From contig JBAVFD010000065.1 in the NCBI GenBank assembly GCA_049588075.1, positions 1,870 through 65,869 on the forward strand: a stretch of DNA of 64,000 nt, written 5' to 3'. The position numbers and the translations under genes are program-made. Under the pieces are notes generated by a model. It was not told where the DNA came from, searched no databases, and saw only the letters and a list, made by a program, of their open reading frames with translations. Shown piece by piece: positions 21,389 through 29,324 of this stretch (its first letter is position 1; each line of letters begins with the position of its first letter). This stretch comes from Thiobacillus sp. GTDB taxonomy: Bacteria > Pseudomonadota > Gammaproteobacteria > Burkholderiales > Thiobacillaceae.

Positions 21389-21477
21389 CAGCGTCTCCGC
21401 AATCCGTCGAAGACGGACACAAGAACGGCCGTGAGGGCGAAGAAGCCTACGCCCAGGGCGATGTAGAGCAGATCCAT
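21388..21477 (-). CDS. Second small membrane peptide upstream of kdpF (29 aa)
   Basis: [29 protein letters not shown]: one TM segment and a basic tail, RBS GGAAGGA upstream, TGATG overlap with kdpF. Confidence 0.75.
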   Translation of the reverse strand: MDLLYIALGVGFFALTAVLVSVFDGLRRR

Positions 21478-21512
21478 GGCATTTCCTTCCAATGTAAACA
21501 GGAACACCACGG

Positions 21513-21580
21513 ACTATAGGCAGGCGCCGGTAAAGATGGGGCTAAGACTGGGAGGGACGGCGTTAAGAAAGCATTAATAG
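21513..21580 (-). promoter_or_regulatory. Putative kdp promoter with candidate KdpE box
   Basis: Minus-strand TATAGT (-10-like, 21513-21518) and T-rich CTATTAATGCTTTCTTAACGCC (21559-21580), which resembles known T-rich KdpE sites. Confidence 0.45.
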
Positions 21581-21675
21581 AGTGGGCCGGGGCGGTACCA
21601 GATTTTCAGAGGGTGTTACTCGAATTTCGTGGGGGCGACTGCTCATGGTTACAGGTGAAGCCATCTGTGCATACT

Positions 21676-21703
21676 ATTTAACATAATATGCATTATGTGC
21701 ATA
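21676..21703 (-). other. dif-like XerC/XerD recombination site
   Basis: Minus strand reads TATGCACATAA TGCATA TTATGTTAAAT versus E. coli dif GGTGCGCATAA TGTATA TTATGTTAAAT: XerD arm 11/11, spacer 5/6, XerC arm 8/11. Confidence 0.88.
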
Positions 21704-21898
21704 TTATCGGGTCTTGATAAAGCCCCTAAGGGGCGTTCGCATTGCTCAAGTAGACTCGTCTGGCCACATCCCTGACCCTACTAGGCCCCCATCAAACCTA
21801 AATTCTTTCAATTTGTCAATATCTCCGCGTACATACGAACTCGAAATCAAATCGTTCGGCAAGCACCACAGGCTTTACGGGAGATCGCCGTACAGCGG

Positions 21899-22234
21899 TC
21901 AAGCGACAGCAAGCACCAAATGTCCAAGAGGTTCGGCGGCAGGCTTCACCTTGATTTCGATGTCGTAGCCCAACCGATTCAAGCAGTCCATCAACTTGCG
22001 TTCGGACAGGTTGGAGAAGTCGCCGCGCAGCATGCCGGACACCTTCGGCTGTGTAATGCCCATGCGACGAGCCGCCTCATCCTGGGTGAGCCCGAGTTTA
22101 CGCACGGCCTTGGTGATCTCGATCACCAAACCGGATTTGATTTTGAGTTTTTCGGCGTCGCGCAGACCTAGATCGGCAAAGACATTCTCCGAGCCCATTT
22201 CGACCTCAATGCCATCAATGATTCGTTTTGCCAT
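21899..22234 (-). CDS. XRE-family HTH antitoxin (HigA-like)
   Basis: ENVFADLGL, LTQDEAARRMGITQPKVS HTH and FSNLSERKLMDCL; overlaps the toxin 3' end. Confidence 0.88.
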   Translation of the reverse strand: MAKRIIDGIEVEMGSENVFADLGLRDAEKLKIKSGLVIEITKAVRKLGLTQDEAARRMGITQPKVSGMLRGDFSNLSERKLMDCLNRLGYDIEIKVKPAAEPLGHLVLAVA

Positions 22235-22592
22235 TTCGTAGCTCCTTCGCAAGCACCTCGGCAACCTTCAGCCTGGCGCGGATAATGTCCATGTCCTCTT
22301 TCGGTGTGGCGATCCCGCTCTTGCTCTTCTTCTGGAAGCAATGCAGGACGAACACGGCCTCCTCGAACTTGACGGTATAGACAGCGCGGTACGTGCCGCC
22401 GATGTCGCTTTCGACCACCTCCAGAACGCCAGCCCCGCCGAATCCCTTCATCACCTTCGCGGCGTCGTTCTGGTCGCCGCGCTGCGCGAAGTCAAGGGCA
22501 TGACCGAAGAACTTCCGCACGTCGGCAGGAAGGGCCATCAAGTCTTTTTTGCACCCCCCGACCCATACGAGCGATTTTTCTTGTGCTGCCAT
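22215..22592 (-). CDS. RelE/ParE-superfamily toxin (HigB-like, toxin-first order)
   Basis: GGTYRAVYTVKFEEAVFVLHCFQKKSK..IATPK motif. Start placed at ATG 22592; the ORF track starts at 22598. Confidence 0.88.
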   Translation of the reverse strand: MAAQEKSLVWVGGCKKDLMALPADVRKFFGHALDFAQRGDQNDAAKVMKGFGGAGVLEVVESDIGGTYRAVYTVKFEEAVFVLHCFQKKSKSGIATPKEDMDIIRARLKVAEVLAKELRNGKTNH

Positions 22593-22598
22593 AAACAT

Positions 22599-22604
22599 AT
22601 TATA
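22599..22604 (-). promoter_or_regulatory. Perfect -10 hexamer (TATAAT) of the TA operon
   Basis: Plus-strand ATTATA at 22599-22604, 6 nt before ATG 22592; no Shine-Dalgarno in between. Confidence 0.6.
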
Positions 22605-22641
22605 CCTGTAATGGGATAAAGGCTAAGCGCCCATCTGGCGC

Positions 22642-22678
22642 CACCCAAACCGTCTCGCACGAGTGGCGGGTTTGGGTG
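22642..22678. terminator. Hairpin downstream of the DUF4400 gene (candidate terminator)
   Basis: CACCCAAACC...GGTTTGGGTG, a 10-bp perfect inverted repeat with a T-rich flank on the plus side. Confidence 0.55.
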
Positions 22679-22699
22679 TTGGTTTTCACTTATTTTCAC

Positions 22700-23425
22700 T
22701 TAAAAGTACTTCTTGTAAAACTGCCACTGAACCCGTGTGGACACCGCAAAAACCAGCGCCAGCGGCGCAATAATCCAGAACGGACTCATTGCAACTGGCA
22801 GGCAGAGATATAGCGTGACCCCGGATGCGAAGAACATCAGCTTCGCGAGGCGACCAATTTTGTGCAGATCCGCCGATTCGCGTCCTGCGCACGCGCGGCG
22901 GATATAACGCTCGGTCAGGCCGTCTACGCCAGCCAAGACATACAACAGGAAAAACAAAGGGGTCGCAGCCAGTAAGAAGCCAATCCTGATCCCGTAGACC
23001 TGAATCACATTCATAGCCAGGTAGATTTCCCGTGCATTACGCGCAACGAACTGGCTCAGATACATCCGGTCGACCTCGTTGACCTGATACCCGGAGAAAT
23101 AGGCATAGGTGGCTTCATGGAGTGATGTCGCCTTGAAAAAAAGCCAGTAAGTCCACTGCTGGGCCAGCTCGGTCAACGTGGAAAGGCCGGCGGCGTGGCT
23201 TCCTCGCCGTACAAGCTCTTTGACGCGTGCGGTTTCCGACTGGAACAAAGCGTCGGCAGCTTGCACTGGATCCGGCCATTGATATTTGGCAAACAGGAAA
23301 GCCGCGGTGAGGGCGATCAGGCCAAGCATGACATATAGCAAGAGCGTCCCAAAAAGCCATTTCAATGGCCACAGAAAGGCGACTGCCACATTGCTGTCAT
23401 AGAGACCGGAATTCCTAAAAGCCAC
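22700..23425 (-). CDS. DUF4400-like conjugative-element membrane protein (position of GGI yaa)
   Basis: N-terminal TM, 'LAGVDGLTERYIRRACAGRESA..H' motif and C-terminal TMs ending in FYKKYF; GTG start overlaps the traD end. Confidence 0.8.
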   Translation of the reverse strand: MAFRNSGLYDSNVAVAFLWPLKWLFGTLLLYVMLGLIALTAAFLFAKYQWPDPVQAADALFQSETARVKELVRRGSHAAGLSTLTELAQQWTYWLFFKATSLHEATYAYFSGYQVNEVDRMYLSQFVARNAREIYLAMNVIQVYGIRIGFLLAATPLFFLLYVLAGVDGLTERYIRRACAGRESADLHKIGRLAKLMFFASGVTLYLCLPVAMSPFWIIAPLALVFAVSTRVQWQFYKKYF

Positions 23426-25475
23426 TGCCCTTCCCTTCAACGACCAGATTTTCCGTCTCGGTGCCGTGCGTGTCGTATTTCTGCCGCATGCTCGCGGCAA
23501 TGTCTTCCAACGACGCAGGAATGGGGGGAGCTTCGTCGGGGTCGAACAGAGGGAGCCTGATTTTGTAGAGCTGGCCGCCTTCGATAAGCGCAAAGGCCTG
23601 CCCCTTGGGCAACTGCACCAGATCTGCCGGCGACAACATGGGGGCTTCCTGGGTGCTGATCCGGTCTTCGTTCCGTGTGGTGAAAGACAATACCTCACGA
23701 TCATCTGAACTGTCCGTGGCCGCGCTGGCTTGAATCGAGGTGACCAGTTGCACATCCGGGAGCTGGTCGGTGAGAATTTCGGCGGTTTCCTTGTTCTTGA
23801 CCCTTAGCATGATCAGGGTATTGAGGTTGCCGCCAATCTGTGAGGCCTTCGCTTTGTTGCCAATGCGGGCTTCCACGTCGGCCCAGGTCTGGGTATAGAC
23901 CGCCACTTGGAATCCCGCACCACCAGCCTTGTTCAGCAGCGGGATGAATTCGTCGCCGATCAGCTCGTTGAACTCGTCCGCATGGATGGACAGTTTGCGC
24001 TTGGGGATGGCCGTGGACAGCCCGTAGCCCTGCTCGAACTTGTAGGTCTGGCCGGCGATCGAGGTCAGGTCGGCGAACATGGCGTTGCCCACTGCGCCAG
24101 CCACTTCGTAATCAGAGAGCGAATCGAGCCCGACGTAGACCACCGCGCCGCGTTCGATGACGCTCATCCAGTCGAAGATCGGCCTTGGATCAGTCGGGTC
24201 GTCGTACTGTGGAGACAGTATCTGCGCGGTTTTGCCGGTGGTAAGTTTTTCCAGCAAGGGATAGAGACTGGACACCAGTTTCTCGAAATAGCTGCGGTCG
24301 TTCGACAGGATGGATGCCAGGCCGTCCGCTATCGGGTCATGCAGATTATTCTCGCGGACGAACAGCAGGATTTTCATAGCATCCATCGTCCGTCCAGATT
24401 TCATTGCCTGCTGAATCTGGGTTTTATCCATCTCAATGGCATCAACCGCCTCATTCCAGCCGGGCTGTTCCCGGTCAAGCCAGAAGCGCAAGTATTCCAG
24501 CGCCAAGGCGTCGATATTGACCGCATCCTCATAAATCATGCGGTAATCCGGACGGTAGCCGAGGGTGGTTCGCGCGCGCGCGATCACGTTCACGAAGCGC
24601 CAGACAAATTCCTTGAACGCGGCGGACTGTCCTTCGCCTGGGAGCTGGCCAGCGATACGGGTGCTGACCTCGGTGGTTCGGGCAAAATTTCCGATCGGGT
24701 TGTAACGTGCGGACTGGTCGGGGTAGCCCAGGTGAAACATGAAGAACTCGCGCCGGGCCATGGCCGCCTCGATGTAGCAGCGGGTCATCAGGCTGGCATC
24801 GCCCTTGGGGTCGAATACGATCACCACGTCGCCTCGCCGAATGTCCTGTGTGATGAGCACCTCGGCGAGGCGTGATTTGCCGACCCGTGTGGTGCCCAGC
24901 ACGACCATGTGGCCGGGCCGCTCGACCAGATCCATGCTGATTTCCGTTTCGTCCGGTTCCAGTCCGTGAATGATCGGATCGCCGCCGACAGGCGGCAATG
25001 GCGTAACCGGATTCCACCAGAGCTCCTTCCTGGTCTGCCGCGCCAGCCAGCCCGGGGCGCCGCCGCGCCCTTCGTGGCGGAATTCGAAGCGACGCGCCCA
25101 GGTATACAGGCCGGATTGGGTGATGTAACGACGATTCTTGGGATCGCGCGCCAGTGCCAGGCGCTGGGTATGGCGCTGATCCCACTTGAACCCAAGACCG
25201 AGGAAAAGTCGGCTTTTTGAGACGGGAATTGCGCTGGTAGGAATGACGTACTTAGGCAGCCGGGTAAGGTTGCGCTGAAATCGGGAAACCCGAATACCCT
25301 GTCTCAGTCGCACGCCGGCATGCAGGACCATGCCGGCAGCGGCTGTCACGATCAGCTCCTTTGGCAGAAAAAACCACTCGTGAGCGCTCATCAGGAGAAT
25401 GGCGCCGGACAACGAGGCAAAGGCCGGTACGTATTCGACCGCGGGCCGGAACAGGTTTTCGATGGGATAGCTCAT
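23415..25475 (-). CDS. traD: Type IV coupling protein TraD (VirD4-like)
   Basis: YPIENLFRP N-terminus, Walker A GTTRVGKS, VFDPKGD, Walker B IHADEFNEL, LLNKAGGAG and LPKGQAF. Confidence 0.95.
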   Translation of the reverse strand: MSYPIENLFRPAVEYVPAFASLSGAILLMSAHEWFFLPKELIVTAAAGMVLHAGVRLRQGIRVSRFQRNLTRLPKYVIPTSAIPVSKSRLFLGLGFKWDQRHTQRLALARDPKNRRYITQSGLYTWARRFEFRHEGRGGAPGWLARQTRKELWWNPVTPLPPVGGDPIIHGLEPDETEISMDLVERPGHMVVLGTTRVGKSRLAEVLITQDIRRGDVVIVFDPKGDASLMTRCYIEAAMARREFFMFHLGYPDQSARYNPIGNFARTTEVSTRIAGQLPGEGQSAAFKEFVWRFVNVIARARTTLGYRPDYRMIYEDAVNIDALALEYLRFWLDREQPGWNEAVDAIEMDKTQIQQAMKSGRTMDAMKILLFVRENNLHDPIADGLASILSNDRSYFEKLVSSLYPLLEKLTTGKTAQILSPQYDDPTDPRPIFDWMSVIERGAVVYVGLDSLSDYEVAGAVGNAMFADLTSIAGQTYKFEQGYGLSTAIPKRKLSIHADEFNELIGDEFIPLLNKAGGAGFQVAVYTQTWADVEARIGNKAKASQIGGNLNTLIMLRVKNKETAEILTDQLPDVQLVTSIQASAATDSSDDREVLSFTTRNEDRISTQEAPMLSPADLVQLPKGQAFALIEGGQLYKIRLPLFDPDEAPPIPASLEDIAASMRQKYDTHGTETENLVVEGKGSGF

Positions 25476-25476
25476 G

Positions 25477-27537
25477 TCAGACGTGTTCGATGGGTTTGTC
25501 GAACCTGACAATGCAGGGATTATTCGGTGGTAGTGGGTTCACGAATCGAACAGGATCCAGTAAGACCACGCCAGAGATCAGCTTTTTGCCCTCGCCATCG
25601 GCGCCGATCACCATGTAACGCTGGATGTTGCTTTTCTTCTCTCCGGAGACCAGATTCCAGCCAGCATTGGTAACCTGGCGCTGGATGCCTGTCCCCAGCT
25701 TGCTCCCCGCTCGATCCGATGGCGTGCCATCGCCCTCCTCCCCGAACAGTTCGGCGAACTTGCGAAAGATCACCGGGGAAACCAGCATCATTCCTTCGTC
25801 AACGAAGTGAATCATGGCGTCCGCGCGGTTGTACGGCATGCTGCCTTCCGAGAGGCCCTCCTGAATCCAGCGCATGAACCGCATGGCTGCACCAGAGGGT
25901 TCCTTCTTTTTCGAGCCAGGCTTGGGCCTGGCCGCTGCTTGCCCTGCAGGTGCAACCGGCTTCAATGCTGCTGCAGTAGGGGGCTTGGGTCTTGGTGAAT
26001 GTTTGATCGCGGCGTCGTCTTCATCGAGAAAGCCTGCGTCCCCAGGTTCAGATAGAGCGGCCGCTCTGGGCTGTGCCGGCGGGCGAATGGGAGGGAGAGC
26101 CGTGCTGGCCCGCCTCGGCTGCTCTTCGGTGTTCGGCGAGGAGGTTGGATCGGGCTGCGGTATGACGAGCGACAGCTGGTTGGCCGGATCCTCCAATGGG
26201 TTGGTGGCCGGCTCAACGCCAGAATCACTCATGAAACCAAAATATCGCTCGGATTCCGAATCGAGCGGCTGGATGTATGAGGCATCCTGTTTTCCGGCAA
26301 TGATCTTGCCTCTCATGGTTTCTGGGTAAAGCACCGGGGACTGGAACAGTTTGTCGAGCGAGAAGCACAGCACGGTCAGCTTTTGTTCCCACCCTTCATC
26401 GAGACTGACCATGACCTGCCACACAGCACGGTTCTCACTGGTGGCGATCAAGGCACCGTACTCTTGCCAGGTATCGAAAAGGCGATCGTTCTTATCCTTG
26501 CCAGGTATGCCCTCCCCGCTTTCGCGTTCAGTCAGGAACTGGCGTACCTCGTCAGCCAGCCGCTTGGACACGAACCAGATTTTTCCATCGTAAACCCAGC
26601 CATGGGAGCCTGCCCGATTCAGGCTCAGTCGCCCTTCTTCCAGCATCAGGCGCAAGGCTTGCATCAGGCGTTCGATTAGTGGCACCGACCGGGCGGAAGC
26701 AAAGCGGGTGCGCGGTCCCTGCATCAGGTTGTTCTTGACTGACTCGGAGTCGGCGCGTGTGACGATTTCTCGCAGCACCCCCTTGTCTTGATCATCCCCC
26801 GAAAGGTAGCTCGTCAAATCGCCCATGAGCTGTACGTCATCGGCAAGCCAAGCGAGAACATGGGAAGGGACGAGCCGCTGGAACAGCACGATGGGCAGTT
26901 TCTTGTGCAGGTCGTAATCCCGCGTGATCTCGAAATTCAACGTGTAATGCGTCAACCCCTGATCCAGCATTGAGCCCGCAAGAGGCTGCCACTTGCCACA
27001 GGGTTTTCTCGATCGGAGAACTTTGACGTTGATATCGGCCATAGGCCTTCCAATGTCATGCAGTAGCGCGGCAAGGAACACCGCGTAAGTCCAGCGGTGC
27101 TTGCGAGCCGGGATTTCCTCGGGGGCTGCTCCGACCGGAAGCAGATAGCCCTGCCGGAAGCGTAGCGCGTGTGCTGCCGACTCCATCATATGGGTCATGA
27201 GGCCACCGGGCTGCGCGTGATGGTGCGATTCCGAGGCTGGTAGCAGTTGAGTCCATTCCGCAGCCCGCTCGATGACGGGCATGCAGTCTTGGTGGAACAG
27301 GGTGTAGTCGAAGCCCATGCGGTCACGACATCCGTCGACCAGGGCTTGAAGGTTGAGTTGATCCAGGACGGCTTTGCCAGGGAGAACCTTAATATGGTTG
27401 GCTGCCCTTGAATCGCTACCGGATGGAGTTGAATGGTCGGACGTCGCATGGTCGTTGTGGCGGGCAATACGCCAAACGACCCATACGCCGCCCACTCCCA
27501 AGGCTCCAGCGGCAATGAGCAGCCAATCACCGGACAT
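25477..27537 (-). CDS. traI: MOBH relaxase TraI (HD-type)
   Basis: PASESHHHAQPGGL..H, LLHDIG, W..GRLSLN and C-terminal TraI_2_C-like domain; start at 27537 is coupled (TGATG) to the upstream ORF. Confidence 0.93.
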   Translation of the reverse strand: MSGDWLLIAAGALGVGGVWVVWRIARHNDHATSDHSTPSGSDSRAANHIKVLPGKAVLDQLNLQALVDGCRDRMGFDYTLFHQDCMPVIERAAEWTQLLPASESHHHAQPGGLMTHMMESAAHALRFRQGYLLPVGAAPEEIPARKHRWTYAVFLAALLHDIGRPMADINVKVLRSRKPCGKWQPLAGSMLDQGLTHYTLNFEITRDYDLHKKLPIVLFQRLVPSHVLAWLADDVQLMGDLTSYLSGDDQDKGVLREIVTRADSESVKNNLMQGPRTRFASARSVPLIERLMQALRLMLEEGRLSLNRAGSHGWVYDGKIWFVSKRLADEVRQFLTERESGEGIPGKDKNDRLFDTWQEYGALIATSENRAVWQVMVSLDEGWEQKLTVLCFSLDKLFQSPVLYPETMRGKIIAGKQDASYIQPLDSESERYFGFMSDSGVEPATNPLEDPANQLSLVIPQPDPTSSPNTEEQPRRASTALPPIRPPAQPRAAALSEPGDAGFLDEDDAAIKHSPRPKPPTAAALKPVAPAGQAAARPKPGSKKKEPSGAAMRFMRWIQEGLSEGSMPYNRADAMIHFVDEGMMLVSPVIFRKFAELFGEEGDGTPSDRAGSKLGTGIQRQVTNAGWNLVSGEKKSNIQRYMVIGADGEGKKLISGVVLLDPVRFVNPLPPNNPCIVRFDKPIEHV

Positions 27538-27977
27538 CAGCGGTGTGGGAGCTGTTCGATGAGCCATGAGGCAATTACGGGTGAAGACGGGAAAGTCCCT
27601 TCCCATTTCCAGCAATTGGGCGATAAGTCCCCGCCGATGAAATCACTGAGGGATAGTGAGAGCGGATCCCAGCGCTCCGCGGTTTCGGGATGGCGGACAC
27701 GCCAAGTAAGGAATTCAAGATGAGATAGCGCGTGGGCTACTTCGTCGTCTGTGGTCCCATGCTCCAGTTCGGAGATGCAATGAAGCACCTCATGGGCTGG
27801 GGATTCCTCTTCGTCTTCAAAGTAGCATCGACCGTTCCCGTCATAACGGGCAAGCCATGCAAACACAACGGCCGTCCAGTGGGACAGTTCGATTTTTTCG
27901 AATCGTGCCGCAATGTGTCCGAAGAGCGTGACAGGATGATCCTGATTGTTGGGTTCTTCTATGGAAGCCACGGGCAC
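27537..27977 (-). CDS. Hypothetical protein heading the traI-traD operon (position of GGI yaf)
   Basis: 146-aa ORF whose stop overlaps the traI start; no family recognised. Confidence 0.65.
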   Translation of the reverse strand: MPVASIEEPNNQDHPVTLFGHIAARFEKIELSHWTAVVFAWLARYDGNGRCYFEDEEESPAHEVLHCISELEHGTTDDEVAHALSHLEFLTWRVRHPETAERWDPLSLSLSDFIGGDLSPNCWKWEGTFPSSPVIASWLIEQLPHR

Positions 27978-28040
27978 TCTTTGCGCGAGAAGTGGAAATG
28001 CCCGTGATGCTATGGACTCGGCCGTGGCTTTACAGCAGTT

Positions 28041-28074
28041 AATTCAAACAAAGTATTTTTGATTGATTGCTGAA
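28041..28074 (-). promoter_or_regulatory. Copy A of the 34-bp motif shared by the two tra operons
   Basis: Minus strand TTCAGCAATCAATCAAAAATACTTTGTTTGAATT; 29/34 identical to 49475-49508. Confidence 0.7.
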
Positions 28075-28120
28075 GTGTTTTGTGTTTTGTGATACGCGTT
28101 TTTGTGGCCCGGATTAGCGG

Positions 28121-29317
28121 CTATTGGGGCTGCTCTAACCCAACGATGGGTAGTCCTTCCTGTTCGGCAGTAAAGCCTGCTTTTGCAATTTCCTCACCCA
28201 GCGTTCTCCAGCCTGCGGCACTCGCAAAACGCCGGATTCGTTCTAGTGTGTGCGGTCTGGCTTTAACGCGTCGGTCCTCTGGAACGTCGTCTGGTTGCAT
28301 CATCCACGGTTGAAGGGTATGCCCAGCTGATCTGGCATCCTGAGCCAATATGGAGGCAATCCTGAACCCGCCTTCGTCAATATCGCCCCAGTGATAGATG
28401 GGCACACCTGGCGGCAAGCCGCCAAGCAGTCGAACATACATGGCTCGCCAGGCGGGTGTGGGCATGCCGGCGGTATAGATAAGCAGGATTTCCTCGTCGT
28501 GGCGGCGCCTGGCCTCGCTGTGGAAGGTGGTCTGGTTTTCGATGGTCATCACGAGCTTGGGGGTGCTGGCCAAGCCGACAACAGAAGGCGCAGAAAAAGC
28601 CCCATACGGCTCATCTAGCAGCGCGGTGACGCGGGTACGCGCCACGGTCACCCGGCCTGCCATGCGGACGGGCTGCTCTTCCCGGAACAGGCCGATCTCC
28701 TGCCATACATTGATGGGCTCACGGATCTCGGCGTCGACATCCCCGGTCAACAGCACATCGACCGGCGCAGCCAGTTTCTCGATGCGCTTGCTGTCCTTGA
28801 ACAGTCGTGCGCTGACTTCACGGATTGGCTCGTCAACCCTACTGTTCTCACGGCTGGAGATCATGAAACTGACAATACGGGCGGAATCGACCCAGTCGTG
28901 AGCATCTTCCGGGCCGAAGGAGCGAACCTTCTTCAGGCTGAACCAGCGAGTCAGGACTTCATTCAGAACTGGAAATTCTGGCAGCAAAGGGGCGAACTGC
29001 GAGGCTGCTTTCTCAAGGCGGCTTGCTGCGGTTTCTACACCAAGCAGCTTCGCCAGGGCATCGAGGTCGATCAGTTCGACGCGCTGGATGAACCCATCCT
29101 CGCCGACCCCTTTCTCCCAGGTCAGGGTTACGGCGCCTTCGGCTCTCGCCGCCTTCATCGCTGCCTCGAAAGCATCCTTGTCGGCCAGGGAGCGCGTCGC
29201 CTGATAGTCGGCCAGATACGAGCGGGTCAGCGCCGGCCGGGTCGAGCGGACGCCCGCTGTCGACCGATTGCCGGCCTCAAGCAGCTTTGTGAGGGCGTTA
29301 CGGGCCTTCGTGTCCAT
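28121..29317 (-). CDS. jetD: Wadjet nuclease JetD (DUF3322 + DUF2220 Toprim)
   Basis: TIENQTTF and YHWGDIDEGGFRI Toprim motifs, C-terminal AEQE; follows jetC. Confidence 0.88.
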   Translation of the reverse strand: MDTKARNALTKLLEAGNRSTAGVRSTRPALTRSYLADYQATRSLADKDAFEAAMKAARAEGAVTLTWEKGVGEDGFIQRVELIDLDALAKLLGVETAASRLEKAASQFAPLLPEFPVLNEVLTRWFSLKKVRSFGPEDAHDWVDSARIVSFMISSRENSRVDEPIREVSARLFKDSKRIEKLAAPVDVLLTGDVDAEIREPINVWQEIGLFREEQPVRMAGRVTVARTRVTALLDEPYGAFSAPSVVGLASTPKLVMTIENQTTFHSEARRRHDEEILLIYTAGMPTPAWRAMYVRLLGGLPPGVPIYHWGDIDEGGFRIASILAQDARSAGHTLQPWMMQPDDVPEDRRVKARPHTLERIRRFASAAGWRTLGEEIAKAGFTAEQEGLPIVGLEQPQ

Positions 29318-29324
29318 GTGACGG

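Noticed and set aside
21714..21898. Possible ORF or gene remnant between the dif-like site and the antitoxin
   Set aside because: No convincing start, RBS or recognisable motif on either strand.
22600..22720. Possible second dif (pdif) site flanking the TA pair, and a 10-bp tandem duplication TTTTCACTTA x2 (22683-22702)
   Set aside because: No XerD arm is present; the duplication is short, AT-rich and sits at a stop codon, so it is probably slippage.
23415..27537. traD and traI both 2061 bp with the chosen starts
   Set aside because: Coincidence; the proteins share no similarity.
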